A stretch of 64,000 nt of DNA from an uncultured Bacteroidota bacterium (GTDB taxonomy: Bacteria; Bacteroidota; Bacteroidia; NS11-12g; UBA955), in assembly GCA_937867025.1 (NCBI GenBank), contig CALMKH010000249.1:3600-67599 (forward strand). The letters are read 5' to 3'. Of this stretch, positions 42,701 to 50,440 are shown piece after piece. The position numbers and the translations under genes are program-made. The notes below the pieces were generated by a model that had not been told where the DNA came from, did not search any database, and was given only the letters and a program-made list of their open reading frames with translations. Numbering within the stretch: the first letter of the stretch is position 1; the number at the start of each line of letters is the position of its first letter.

Positions 42701-43383
42701 TTGAACACCTTTTCATCATTGGCATACATGAAGGCAAACACAAGGAAAAATATGGCCGACATCAGGTAAACCAGCTCGATACGCCTTTCCATCTTTATGG
42801 CATTATATGAAGACTGTTTTACAACGGGCAACTGGAGACTGATCTCATAACCGCTGTTATCCTTTTTGATCTCCTGAGGATGGCGTACAATCTCTATATT
42901 CTGAAGTTTGAGGTCTTCACTGAAGCGGTCGACAAAGTATTCGTTATTGAAAGGATATTGTTTGTAGAACCAATAATAACAGTAGATATCGTAATTGCCC
43001 TTCCTGACGGAAACCATCTGATACCAACCGTTCTTGTTATAAAGTATGGTTTTGGATGGTTTCTGGCCGGTTTTAAAGTTGTATTGCTGGATAAAGTTGT
43101 CGGACCAGAAGCTCAGGCATTTATTCTTGTAGGCGAAAAGGGAAACATTGTTCTTTGCCAGTTCGCGGAACAACTCGCTTTTGACATCAAACTGATCGAT
43201 CATTCTCAACAGATCAGGATGAGACAGAATGGCCAATTGCGTTTCTTGCTTTTTATCCAGGCGTTTTCTTAATAAGGCATTGGCATCCTTGAACCGGAAC
43301 TGTTCTCCCAGTGACGTGTTTTCGATCAAAACCCCGCAACTGAAACTCAGGACAAAAAGAATAAAAACAATTGTTTTCTTCAA
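39706..43383 (-). CDS. Multi-TM sensor histidine kinase (NtrY-like HAMP-HisKA-HATPase core with a very large membrane/periplasmic sensor region)
   Basis: 1225 aa. The HAMP is LVRPLKLMIESLARI...DEIGQLVEQYN. The H-box is AWREMAKQVAHEIKNPLTPMKL. The N/G boxes are NILKNSQQA, DNGKGI and GMGLGLAMCRKIV. There are more than 10 TM segments. The TTG start lies 1 nt after the hldD stop. Confidence 0.9.
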   Translation of the reverse strand: MKKTIVFILFVLSFSCGVLIENTSLGEQFRFKDANALLRKRLDKKQETQLAILSHPDLLRMIDQFDVKSELFRELAKNNVSLFAYKNKCLSFWSDNFIQQYNFKTGQKPSKTILYNKNGWYQMVSVRKGNYDIYCYYWFYKQYPFNNEYFVDRFSEDLKLQNIEIVRHPQEIKKDNSGYEISLQLPVVKQSSYNAIKMERRIELVYLMSAIFFLVFAFMYANDEKVFNVRRFVIQVSAFTFIVCALSFFGVILKHQVNSSLFSPELAAYSQFIPSLGHSLLFSFAMLSFLVFLHQSIAYFSLKPKDNLLVCILVSIMCWALPSVLFIYALPKFILNSQINYDFKSLTNVSNYTLIGMFNVFLMYIGIIAGYRIFSQLAQNRFRNRSFVFIHIAVCAAVISTMYFLHNENGFLLLCFSAYGLLLPFLILFPEKVKFTQILISASFTAAFLSVQFEQINSSKEKELRKVFANKLITKEDFESELKLLDIERELIESAVFDSFFYYRYNDYQELELTYKFTFFNDFIKNFDIDFMRYDSSGMDITPNNLTFDYINSIYNQSTNKSITNYFLYIKDLHYLGGYLAKYEICPEDRNIGYVFLMLTPKVKSDLYNLDYFFSPNTHSQLRENQYSYAVYQRNELIKGLGSYPFKLSGQIDYKSMEDASFFEQNGFSQLFKKIDNETFIIVSLKAASWDRVFGVFTFILLFFVGILTIVFILIYLTVFLFGLFTFNPVILKLYGTVTRYLRIVNLNKLYLETKIRLSFLLLAILICSVVIYFTVQNVNRSFKIKQYEQLDKKMSQIATEIEIGYQKKDERPIRNLIKHLANTYEVDINLYLKDGTLYQTANNRIYYEGWFSSLIHPVAHYELIQNKQYSIKQVERIGNLEYLSYYNTVFDENRNLIGYVHLPYFSKSLDLKNEFSNYLGSLVNISTLLLMISLLMASYIGRSLVRPLKLMIESLARIRLGAQNKQIDWNRNDEIGQLVEQYNIMLKKLEISTEKLAQSEREGAWREMAKQVAHEIKNPLTPMKLHLQHLQMAMGRNDESLKEKIANISQILIEQIDQLSRMADEFSSFAKMPVAILETCTLHEVLISCINLFKSQHDLTIIYPARHKETLVHIDKDQMKRVFTNILKNSQQAVKDNETCIIEVDTKVENGYITVSFKDNGKGIEESVRDRVFTPNFSTKNSGMGLGLAMCRKIVEQVEGSITFTSETNKGATFYVTLPVVNPI

Positions 43384-43384
43384 G

Positions 43385-44350
43385 TTAATAAATAATTTGC
43401 CTATCCAGATACTGTTTTACATAATCACCAACGCCTTCATCTATGTCCATGAAAGGTTTATCGTAACCCGCATGTATAAGCTTATCCATGTTGGCCTGTG
43501 TAAAGTATTGGTATTTATCCCTGATATCTTCAGGTGTATCAATATATTGTATGCTTGGCTCCAGTTCAAGGGCCTTAAAAATAGCATGTGCCAATGCGTT
43601 AAAGGTGTTAGCTTTACCGCTGCCAAGGTTATAAATTCCACTTCCCTGGCGTTTTAACATCAGGAAGAAGAGGACGTCCACAACGTCCTTTACATATACA
43701 AAGTCGCGTTTCTGCTCCCCATCGGCATATTCCGGCCTGTGCGAGCGGAACAATCTGAGGTTTCCTGTTGATTTAATCTGGTTACAGGCATGAAACACCA
43801 CAGAAGCCATGCGGCCTTTATGATACTCATTAGGTCCATAAACATTAAAGAATTTCAGTCCTGTCCAGAAATAAGGCTTTTCTTCCTGTGCAAGCGCCCA
43901 CAAGTCAAAATCGAGTTTGCTCTGACCGTAAGGGTTTAAAGGTTTCAGGTGTGGCATCAGGTTCTCATCCTCTTCAAATCCAAACTCACCCATACCATAA
44001 GTAGCTGCGCTGCTGGCATACACAAGCGGTATCCCTTCCCTGACGCACAGGTCCCATATATGTTTGGAATACTCAACATTAAGCTTGTCAAGGATATCGG
44101 TATTGAATTCCGTCGTATCAGTCCGGGCCCCTATATGGAACATGAACTGTATCTGGTTGCCTTTACCTTCCGCCCATTCAAAAAAGTTATTCCTGTCAAC
44201 AAGCTCCCTGTACTGCTTTTGTTCCCAATTCTGCCTTTTTTCACTTCTGGAAAAATCGTCCACCAAAACCAGGTCTACATACCCTTCATCATTCAATTTA
44301 CGAATGAGGCAACTACCAATGAATCCTGCTGCTCCCGTTATTATGATCAT
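43385..44350 (-). CDS. hldD: ADP-L-glycero-D-manno-heptose 6-epimerase
   Basis: 321 aa. Motifs: MIIITGAAGFIGSCLIRKLN, HIGARTDTTE, ASSAATYG, YGQSKLDFD, NVYGPNEYHKGRMASVV. Confidence 0.88.
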   Translation of the reverse strand: MIIITGAAGFIGSCLIRKLNDEGYVDLVLVDDFSRSEKRQNWEQKQYRELVDRNNFFEWAEGKGNQIQFMFHIGARTDTTEFNTDILDKLNVEYSKHIWDLCVREGIPLVYASSAATYGMGEFGFEEDENLMPHLKPLNPYGQSKLDFDLWALAQEEKPYFWTGLKFFNVYGPNEYHKGRMASVVFHACNQIKSTGNLRLFRSHRPEYADGEQKRDFVYVKDVVDVLFFLMLKRQGSGIYNLGSGKANTFNALAHAIFKALELEPSIQYIDTPEDIRDKYQYFTQANMDKLIHAGYDKPFMDIDEGVGDYVKQYLDRQIIY

Positions 44351-44366
44351 ATTCTCGACAAGTTCC

Positions 44367-44374
44367 CAAAAATA
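44367..44374 (-). promoter_or_regulatory. Candidate Bacteroidota -7 box (TATTTTTG) for hldD
   Basis: It matches TAnnTTTG exactly on the minus strand, 17 nt upstream of the hldD ATG. No clear -33 TTTG was seen. Confidence 0.35.
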
Positions 44375-44387
44375 AATAATTTTAGGC

Positions 44388-44395
44388 TAAATTTG
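44388..44395 (+). promoter_or_regulatory. Candidate Bacteroidota -7 box (TAAATTTG) for the PTPS/queD gene
   Basis: An exact TAnnTTTG match lies 19 nt upstream of ATG 44414, back-to-back with the hldD box in a 63-bp divergent spacer. Confidence 0.35.
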
Positions 44396-44413
44396 CAGCA
44401 TATTTTTAATCCG

Positions 44414-44848
44414 ATGCCCAAGCCTGTCCTATTTGTTACCCGCAGAGCCCATTTTAACGCAGCCCACAAACTGTTCAATCCGCGTTTCAGTAAAGAAGAA
44501 AACGAGGAATTGTTTGGAAAATGTGCAAACGAAAACTGGCATGGACACAATTTTGATCTGTATGTTACGATCAAAGGACGACCTTCCGAAGACACCGGCT
44601 TCGTAATGGATCTCAAGCGTCTTAAGGTCATTATTGAGAACGAAGTCATTGTGCATCTCGATCACAAGAATCTCAATATAGACGTTCCTTTTCTGAAAGG
44701 GGTGTTGCCATCTGTGGAAAACATAGCCATAGCGATATGGGAACGGCTGGTACCTCATCTGCCTGCTGATGTCAAACTGCATAAAATCCACCTGATTGAA
44801 ACCATCAATAACTCCGTAGAATACTACGGTCCCGATACTCCAATTTAA
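44414..44848 (+). CDS. queD: 6-pyruvoyl-tetrahydropterin / 6-carboxy-tetrahydropterin synthase (COG0720, PTPS-II-like Cx5HGH type)
   Basis: 144 aa from ATG 44414. Only the 3' part of the 299-aa track ORF is real. LFGKCANENWHGHNF...TGFVMDLKRLK...LDHKNLNIDVPF...ENIAIAIW aligns by eye with mammalian PTPS (LFGKCNNPNGHGHNY...TGMVMNL...LDHKNLD.DVPYF...ENVAVYIW). Confidence 0.88.
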   Translation: MPKPVLFVTRRAHFNAAHKLFNPRFSKEENEELFGKCANENWHGHNFDLYVTIKGRPSEDTGFVMDLKRLKVIIENEVIVHLDHKNLNIDVPFLKGVLPSVENIAIAIWERLVPHLPADVKLHKIHLIETINNSVEYYGPDTPI

Positions 44849-44884
44849 TAGACAGGCTCACCTCATATTGTTGAGTGTTCTATT

Positions 44885-45196
44885 ATGGCAGCGCTTAACT
44901 TTGTACACATGCTGAACCTATGGCATAAATACAAATATTGGATCATTGGTGTTGGTGTGCTAACATGGATGACTGTATTTGACAGCAATAATTTCATAGA
45001 ACTTGTCAAGCTCAGACGGGAGGTGTCTGACCTGGAGGAGAAGAGAGATTATTACAGGGCGGAGATACTTAACGTAAGGAAAGAGGAAAAGGAATTGTTC
45101 TCAAATATCCGCAACCTGGAAAAGTTCGCGCGTGAGAAATACCTTATGAAAAAAGACAATGAAGATCTTTTTATTATCGTGGAAGATAAAAAATAA
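44885..45196 (+). CDS. Septum formation initiator family protein (FtsB/DivIC-like)
   Basis: 103 aa with a single TM (YWIIGVGVLTWMTVF) followed by a coiled coil (LVKLRREVSDLEEKRDYYRAEILNVRKEEKEL) and KFAREKYLMKKDNEDLF. Confidence 0.7.
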   Translation: MAALNFVHMLNLWHKYKYWIIGVGVLTWMTVFDSNNFIELVKLRREVSDLEEKRDYYRAEILNVRKEEKELFSNIRNLEKFAREKYLMKKDNEDLFIIVEDKK

Positions 45197-45223
45197 AACC
45201 TTCCCTATGTCTTTTACCCTTTG

Positions 45224-47749
45224 TTAAAATCTTGCCGCTAAGACTATACTGAATTTTTGACGTATTCTTTCTCCTGAGGGATTGATGCATTCTATCCACA
45301 CAATATAAATCCCAACGGGTGCTTTCCGGCCATTTTCGTCAATGCCGTCCCATGTCAACAAACCCTCTGCCCCCAAGGTTACATTATTGGCCAAATGTTT
45401 TATCATTCTTCCTTCGACATCATAAATTATGACTGTTGCGAGAAAATCGGGACCAGGTAATTGATACCTCAGCACCATCAGGTCCTCAAAACCATCTTCG
45501 TCCGGGGAAAGAGACCTGCTCTGAGGAGAAAAACAGCTATTGGTCTTTTTGGGCATTATCACGTTTGAATTCTTATATCCGGGAGTTGCGTAATTGACGG
45601 TTGAAGCCGCACTATGCCAGTTACATCTCTGCTCACCCGAACTCCTGGCATTAAGTCTTTCCAGGCTGACGCCATTTTTATCATTCAGCAGTGGAAAATG
45701 CCAGTCTTCACTATACTTCAGACTATCAATCACAACACCATCCCGATTAAACAAAATAATATGTCCATTATCATCGGGCATGGAGGGCATCCTTTCCAAC
45801 TGTATTTTCAGCATACCATTCCCACAATCATAGTCCGCGCATACCTGTAAAGTGTCTGTTGTTACCAACGCATATTGAAAAGGCTTCAATATGGTTCCCA
45901 ACGGAGCAAGAGGGTATTTGTTTTTTAACTGTCCATCATCGCCTGCATCAGCAATACTATGTTTTGAAAGATCAAATGCAAATTCAGAATGATTGTATAG
46001 TTCGATGAAATCCTGACCACCGCTGCGAGGATTAAACAGAATCTCGTTAATCAGCAATTCTCCCTGACGGCTTGCGGACGGCCATTGGAAACGCAAATCT
46101 TTCAAACCCGTCCAATTTCCGCACAGATCCGCAATACCGGAAAAACTTAACAGGTATTCCCGGAGTTTATCCGGAACAAAAAGCAATTCAAGGCTTACGC
46201 GATCTGACGCCGGAACATTTTTAATCTGACATGCAGTTTCAATTCCATTGATATAAAAACGGGCTGAAATCAATGACAATGAATCCACCGATTCATCAAA
46301 TACCAACTCCAGTATACTGTCATTAACTGCCTGGAGATTCAGCATGACGGGCGGCATTGTATCGGCGGAAAGTAAGGCTTTAACAGAGTTCTGCCATCCC
46401 GGGGTGCCACCGCCCAAATCGTTGCTCGCTGCCCAGTTCCTGCTGCCAAGGCAGGGTTTGGTGTGATCTATCATCTCAAGGCTATACCCTCCCTCCTGTT
46501 TATCAGGATCATTATACCAGTTATCCGTATAGCTGATACTGTGAATCGTTTCATTCTTCTGGTTACTTATCCAGATGTGATCGCCGGAATTGTTCAGTGA
46601 TGGAATGGCCTTCAACACCAGGATGGAATCAGGAGGCAGTATCATATCGGGAAGTATTTTAAACGATGTCGGGTCATTTATCCTGCAGGAAGTCAACCTG
46701 AGGAATTTCCCGGAGACATTCATGATCTCAACATATTCATACACAGGCAGTGCTACCTGCGGTTCCGGATCGGGAAAAATTTCTGTTATCAGCAGGTCAT
46801 AAAGCATCGGTGTGTCAGGCCTCACATAATTAAAACTCCTCCTGACTTCCTGCATGATATTGCCTGTTTTATCGGCAATATTGTCTACCCTGAGCGTCAG
46901 CATGACATTTGGCACCAAAGGTTCATCAAACCTCAGGGTTACCATTTTTCCCAAAGCCCCGGGAATAGCTGCGGACGGACTTAAACCTCGCTGTTCCACA
47001 TAATAATTTGCTGTTTGTATTAATGAAAGGCTATCACATGGCTCACTGAATATACATTGCAGCTCAGTCCCTGACAAAACACTCAAGCTATCCAGGACCG
47101 GCGGCAGGGTATCGCGGATTAGAGGACCGATATACAAATCATCGAAAAAATGTTTGTTCATGAATGACGTTGTGCTTTGCCTGATCCTGATACCTGCAAA
47201 CGCCGCACTTCTGACCGTTCTATTCCCGGAGGTCCCTTCTGTCACAAGGGATTCTCCGGGCTTCGAACGCTTAAGCACAAATGAATCTCCAAACTTCTGA
47301 ACCACAATTTGAAAATGGTTCATCGAGGAATTCATAAGGCCATCAACCCCATCTATTATTTTAGTTTCAAGACCGTTGTTTATATTGAACAGTGAAATCT
47401 CATCCATGCTTCCCCCTAACCTTACAAAATAAGCATTCTTCGCCTGAATCAGTGCGGCGGTATCCGAAAACAAGACAAAATCTACGTAATTCACGGATGA
47501 CGGATTAAACATCAGGCGACAATTCAGCCTCCATTCCATATCAGCAAACCCAACGCCCTGCGTGGCAAGAAAGAAAATGGAATTTGCCGAGGAATGATTG
47601 CTTCGCATTTCACCGTTCACACTTGTAAAAGAGCTCACCTGGCCTGTCCATTCAGGATCGCGGTACAAGTCTTCGTCATCAAAATCATCTGTTACCTGAG
47701 CCTGAACCTGAAAAGAAAACAAAATGAGAAAAGACACCCACAGTTTCAT
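45224..47749 (-). CDS. Secreted lamin-tail-domain (LTD) repeat protein with a C-terminal FlgD-Ig / T9SS-like beta-sandwich
   Basis: 841 aa with signal MKLWVSFLILFSFQVQAQ. It has two LTD-like segments (LITEIFPDPEP...YEYVEIMNVS and LLINEILFNPRSGGQDFIELYNHS). The C-terminus is ...VIIYDVEGRMIKHL...LTWDGIDENGRKAPVGIYIVWIE... Confidence 0.65.
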   Translation of the reverse strand: MKLWVSFLILFSFQVQAQVTDDFDDEDLYRDPEWTGQVSSFTSVNGEMRSNHSSANSIFFLATQGVGFADMEWRLNCRLMFNPSSVNYVDFVLFSDTAALIQAKNAYFVRLGGSMDEISLFNINNGLETKIIDGVDGLMNSSMNHFQIVVQKFGDSFVLKRSKPGESLVTEGTSGNRTVRSAAFAGIRIRQSTTSFMNKHFFDDLYIGPLIRDTLPPVLDSLSVLSGTELQCIFSEPCDSLSLIQTANYYVEQRGLSPSAAIPGALGKMVTLRFDEPLVPNVMLTLRVDNIADKTGNIMQEVRRSFNYVRPDTPMLYDLLITEIFPDPEPQVALPVYEYVEIMNVSGKFLRLTSCRINDPTSFKILPDMILPPDSILVLKAIPSLNNSGDHIWISNQKNETIHSISYTDNWYNDPDKQEGGYSLEMIDHTKPCLGSRNWAASNDLGGGTPGWQNSVKALLSADTMPPVMLNLQAVNDSILELVFDESVDSLSLISARFYINGIETACQIKNVPASDRVSLELLFVPDKLREYLLSFSGIADLCGNWTGLKDLRFQWPSASRQGELLINEILFNPRSGGQDFIELYNHSEFAFDLSKHSIADAGDDGQLKNKYPLAPLGTILKPFQYALVTTDTLQVCADYDCGNGMLKIQLERMPSMPDDNGHIILFNRDGVVIDSLKYSEDWHFPLLNDKNGVSLERLNARSSGEQRCNWHSAASTVNYATPGYKNSNVIMPKKTNSCFSPQSRSLSPDEDGFEDLMVLRYQLPGPDFLATVIIYDVEGRMIKHLANNVTLGAEGLLTWDGIDENGRKAPVGIYIVWIECINPSGERIRQKFSIVLAARF

Positions 47750-47851
47750 GCTGCAAATCTGGCTACCAGGAAGCAGATTCTGGGAATCCGATTAGCAACC
47801 TGGACAAAGTTTTAGCATCTCAACCAAAAACCGAATAGCTGGTATAACGAT

Positions 47852-48652
47852 TTATCCGATCTGCCCGCTGATCCGGTTAAATACACACTCAGGATACCAG
47901 TTGCGTGCTTCGCCCAAACGCATTCTTTGTGCGGTTCTGAACACTTCAAGACCTTCATCATTCAGAAGTGCTACTGCAACCTTATTGTCTTCCGGCACAA
48001 TGGCCACATCCATATGTATCAAACGATGCTTCATGAAAAAAACACCCGCCGCCGGGTCCTTTGCCACGATAGGACCTTCGCCGAGACCCGGAATATAATA
48101 TCCTGTTAACGTGTTGTCATGCAGAAATATCAAAGCCTTGTTCAAATGCTCACTTATTCTTGCCGACCTGTTTTCGCCGGATACCTGCCTGTCAAGCTCC
48201 AATAATGCCCGCTGATAACGGGCATCATATGTCCTGACGCCGGGATGCACAGTAAAATCGTGATTTACACTCACACCCTTAAAGAACAGTTGCCTGTTCT
48301 CGTTCACAAAGCCAAGCCTGCGGTATACCGGCTCCCCGAGAGGAGTGGCCATCAGGTAAACGGTCCTGCACCTTGCGTCGTCGACCTTGTCTATCAGGGC
48401 ACTGGTGATCATTTTTCCGTACCCGGCATTCCTGCAGGAAATATGCACAATAATATGCGCCAGCCAGGCGGTATCCCCGTGGTGAATCAAGGTCCCCACC
48501 GCCACGATTTTCCCGTCAGCGACCCCACATAGCGGAATACAGTTTTTAGAAGACAGGTAGTATGCAAAATGCGGAGTTACATCCGGCCAGTCAGGTGGTT
48601 GAAGCTCGTGTATATACGGCAGGTCTTCCGCTTTAAACTTTCTTATCCTCAT
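47852..48652 (-). CDS. GNAT-family N-acetyltransferase with a C-terminal YitH-like extension
   Basis: 266 aa. The GNAT core is VAVGTLIHHGDTAWLAHIIVHISCRNAGYGKMITSALI...LGEPVYRRLGF. Confidence 0.75.
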   Translation of the reverse strand: MRIRKFKAEDLPYIHELQPPDWPDVTPHFAYYLSSKNCIPLCGVADGKIVAVGTLIHHGDTAWLAHIIVHISCRNAGYGKMITSALIDKVDDARCRTVYLMATPLGEPVYRRLGFVNENRQLFFKGVSVNHDFTVHPGVRTYDARYQRALLELDRQVSGENRSARISEHLNKALIFLHDNTLTGYYIPGLGEGPIVAKDPAAGVFFMKHRLIHMDVAIVPEDNKVAVALLNDEGLEVFRTAQRMRLGEARNWYPECVFNRISGQIG

Positions 48653-49170
48653 AATAATTTTTTCTTCATCAGGAGATCGTTTTGAACCTCGTTCCCAAAT
48701 ACAAAATCATGACTTCCGAACACCTCAAAACCGCAATGTTCATAAAAGCTTATCGCCTTATCATTATGCTCCCACACGCCCAGCCATACATCTTCTATGC
48801 CCAACCCGGCTGCGTACTTCAGAATATATTCCATTAAAGCTTTTCCTACCTTTTTAGCCTGATATTGTTGCAATACGTATATCCTTTCGATTTCCAGTGT
48901 TTTCAAAGGGTCGAACCCTTCCTTTACCGATCCCCTGCAGAGTTTTGCATATGCAACCCCGGCACCATCCGATTCTGCTATGATAAAAACATTCCTTTCA
49001 TCTTGCAGTTCACTCATCATCCTGGTTGGATTATAGTGTTCTGACAGGTAAATCAACATGTTGGCAGGATCATTCATCGGTGCAAAAGTCTCATGAAAGG
49101 TTGTATAACCCAGCATAACCAACAGCTCTACGTCCTTATGTCCAGCATGCCTGATAGTGACCTGAAACAT
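48649..49170 (-). CDS. GNAT-family N-acetyltransferase
   Basis: 173 aa. Motifs: IERIYVLQQYQAKKVGKALMEYIL (motif A Q/RxxGxG/A-like) and NDKAISFYEHCGFEV. Confidence 0.85.
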   Translation of the reverse strand: MFQVTIRHAGHKDVELLVMLGYTTFHETFAPMNDPANMLIYLSEHYNPTRMMSELQDERNVFIIAESDGAGVAYAKLCRGSVKEGFDPLKTLEIERIYVLQQYQAKKVGKALMEYILKYAAGLGIEDVWLGVWEHNDKAISFYEHCGFEVFGSHDFVFGNEVQNDLLMKKKLL

Positions 49171-49601
49171 TATCGTGGCTTTGTAAATTTGTAATGCGAC
49201 CTTGTAAAACCTTCCCGCAAATAAAAATCATGGGCCCGGTTCCGTTTCACATTCGAACATACTTCAAGTATTTCATGAGGTATTCCACTCAATTCCTTGT
49301 CAAGCCGTCCCAGCAGCAATTTTCCTATGCCCATACTCCTGAATTCTTTTCCGACAATCAATTCCTGTATTTCGAAAACGGGACCTGCATGGTGAAGAAG
49401 CGTCTGACCATGGCAGGTGAGCAATCCCACAACGTCCCCGGCATATTCCGCAACAAGGTATATATTATGCGCAGATTCGATATTACCTGAATATACAGCG
49501 GCGAAATCCTTCAGGTCGAATGTCCTGTCCTCCAGTTCGCACAACAATTCGTGCACTGCTTTCAAATCATTAGCCTGCGCCCGGCGGATCAGCAAGTCCA
49601 T
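49170..49601 (-). CDS. GNAT-family N-acetyltransferase
   Basis: 143 aa. Motifs: FEIQELIVGKEFRSMGIGKLLLGRL and RNRAHDFYLREGF. Confidence 0.85.
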   Translation of the reverse strand: MDLLIRRAQANDLKAVHELLCELEDRTFDLKDFAAVYSGNIESAHNIYLVAEYAGDVVGLLTCHGQTLLHHAGPVFEIQELIVGKEFRSMGIGKLLLGRLDKELSGIPHEILEVCSNVKRNRAHDFYLREGFTRSHYKFTKPR

Positions 49602-49605
49602 AGGA

Positions 49606-50334
49606 TCAGAAACTACTTTCCCTTATTGCCTTATTGAACTGGAGATAAATGCCAAAGCCGGCATAAAAAGGAAGGTAGCCGTACCTGCTGTCCACATTGT
49701 AAAGCCTGACACCGACCTGCCCCATAAACTTAATATTCTTGTAACCTATCCTGGTTGTAAAAGCTGTTTCGGAAATAAAATCCGTATGGTTATCAAGATC
49801 ATAGGTAATAAATGTAAAACGGCTGGCAATACTCACATCAATATATTTGCCGTTTCTGCCGAAAGCCGGCTGGATAAATAGCCGCCGATAACGGTTATCA
49901 ATTCCCGACCTTTCAAAGTTATTGGCTGAGTTCAGGTGATCTGTAAATTCATTGGTGAATTTCCTTTGTGCGAATCCCATGCCTGCAAATATCTCAAAGC
50001 TGGAATTATCCCCTGCGTTCGTAAAATATCCAAGCGAGATTTCATTATCCCTGGGTTTGGAATTCCGGATGTTCGTATTAACCACATTGCCGGTGGTATC
50101 CTTGTTGAGTGTAGTGTCATTGCGATTCCCGCCATAACCGAGAGTTCCCGATATCGCCAGATGGTCCGTCACCGCATAGGCTGAGTGAAGTTCCGCATAA
50201 TTACCGAAATTGACAGAGAATTCAAAGTCGTTTTTTGCGATGAAACCTGTTGATTTGATTGTTGTAGGTCGATAGACGTATTGTTTGCATCCGGCCAGAA
50301 AAACGACTGCCAGCAGCATACAGGCATATTTCAT
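49606..50334 (-). CDS. Hypothetical lipoprotein, possibly a small outer-membrane beta-barrel
   Basis: I start it at ATG 50334 (MKYACMLLAVVFLAGC lipobox). It has an alternating aromatic/hydrophilic strand pattern and ends in ...RESSF. Confidence 0.5.
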   Translation of the reverse strand: MKYACMLLAVVFLAGCKQYVYRPTTIKSTGFIAKNDFEFSVNFGNYAELHSAYAVTDHLAISGTLGYGGNRNDTTLNKDTTGNVVNTNIRNSKPRDNEISLGYFTNAGDNSSFEIFAGMGFAQRKFTNEFTDHLNSANNFERSGIDNRYRRLFIQPAFGRNGKYIDVSIASRFTFITYDLDNHTDFISETAFTTRIGYKNIKFMGQVGVRLYNVDSRYGYLPFYAGFGIYLQFNKAIRESSF

Positions 50335-50440
50335 AAGTTTGTCAGTCATATAACAAACTAAAGGAATTGCCTGCAAATACACAAATCAAGTAATCCCACC
50401 CGGACCTGCACATGGGATAAACGCGCAGATTATCAACTGG

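Noticed and set aside
43949-44413. The N-terminal 155 codons of the 299-aa plus-strand track ORF 43949..44848.
   Set aside because: This part is antisense to the well-supported hldD gene. Only the part from ATG 44414, homologous to PTPS, is credible.
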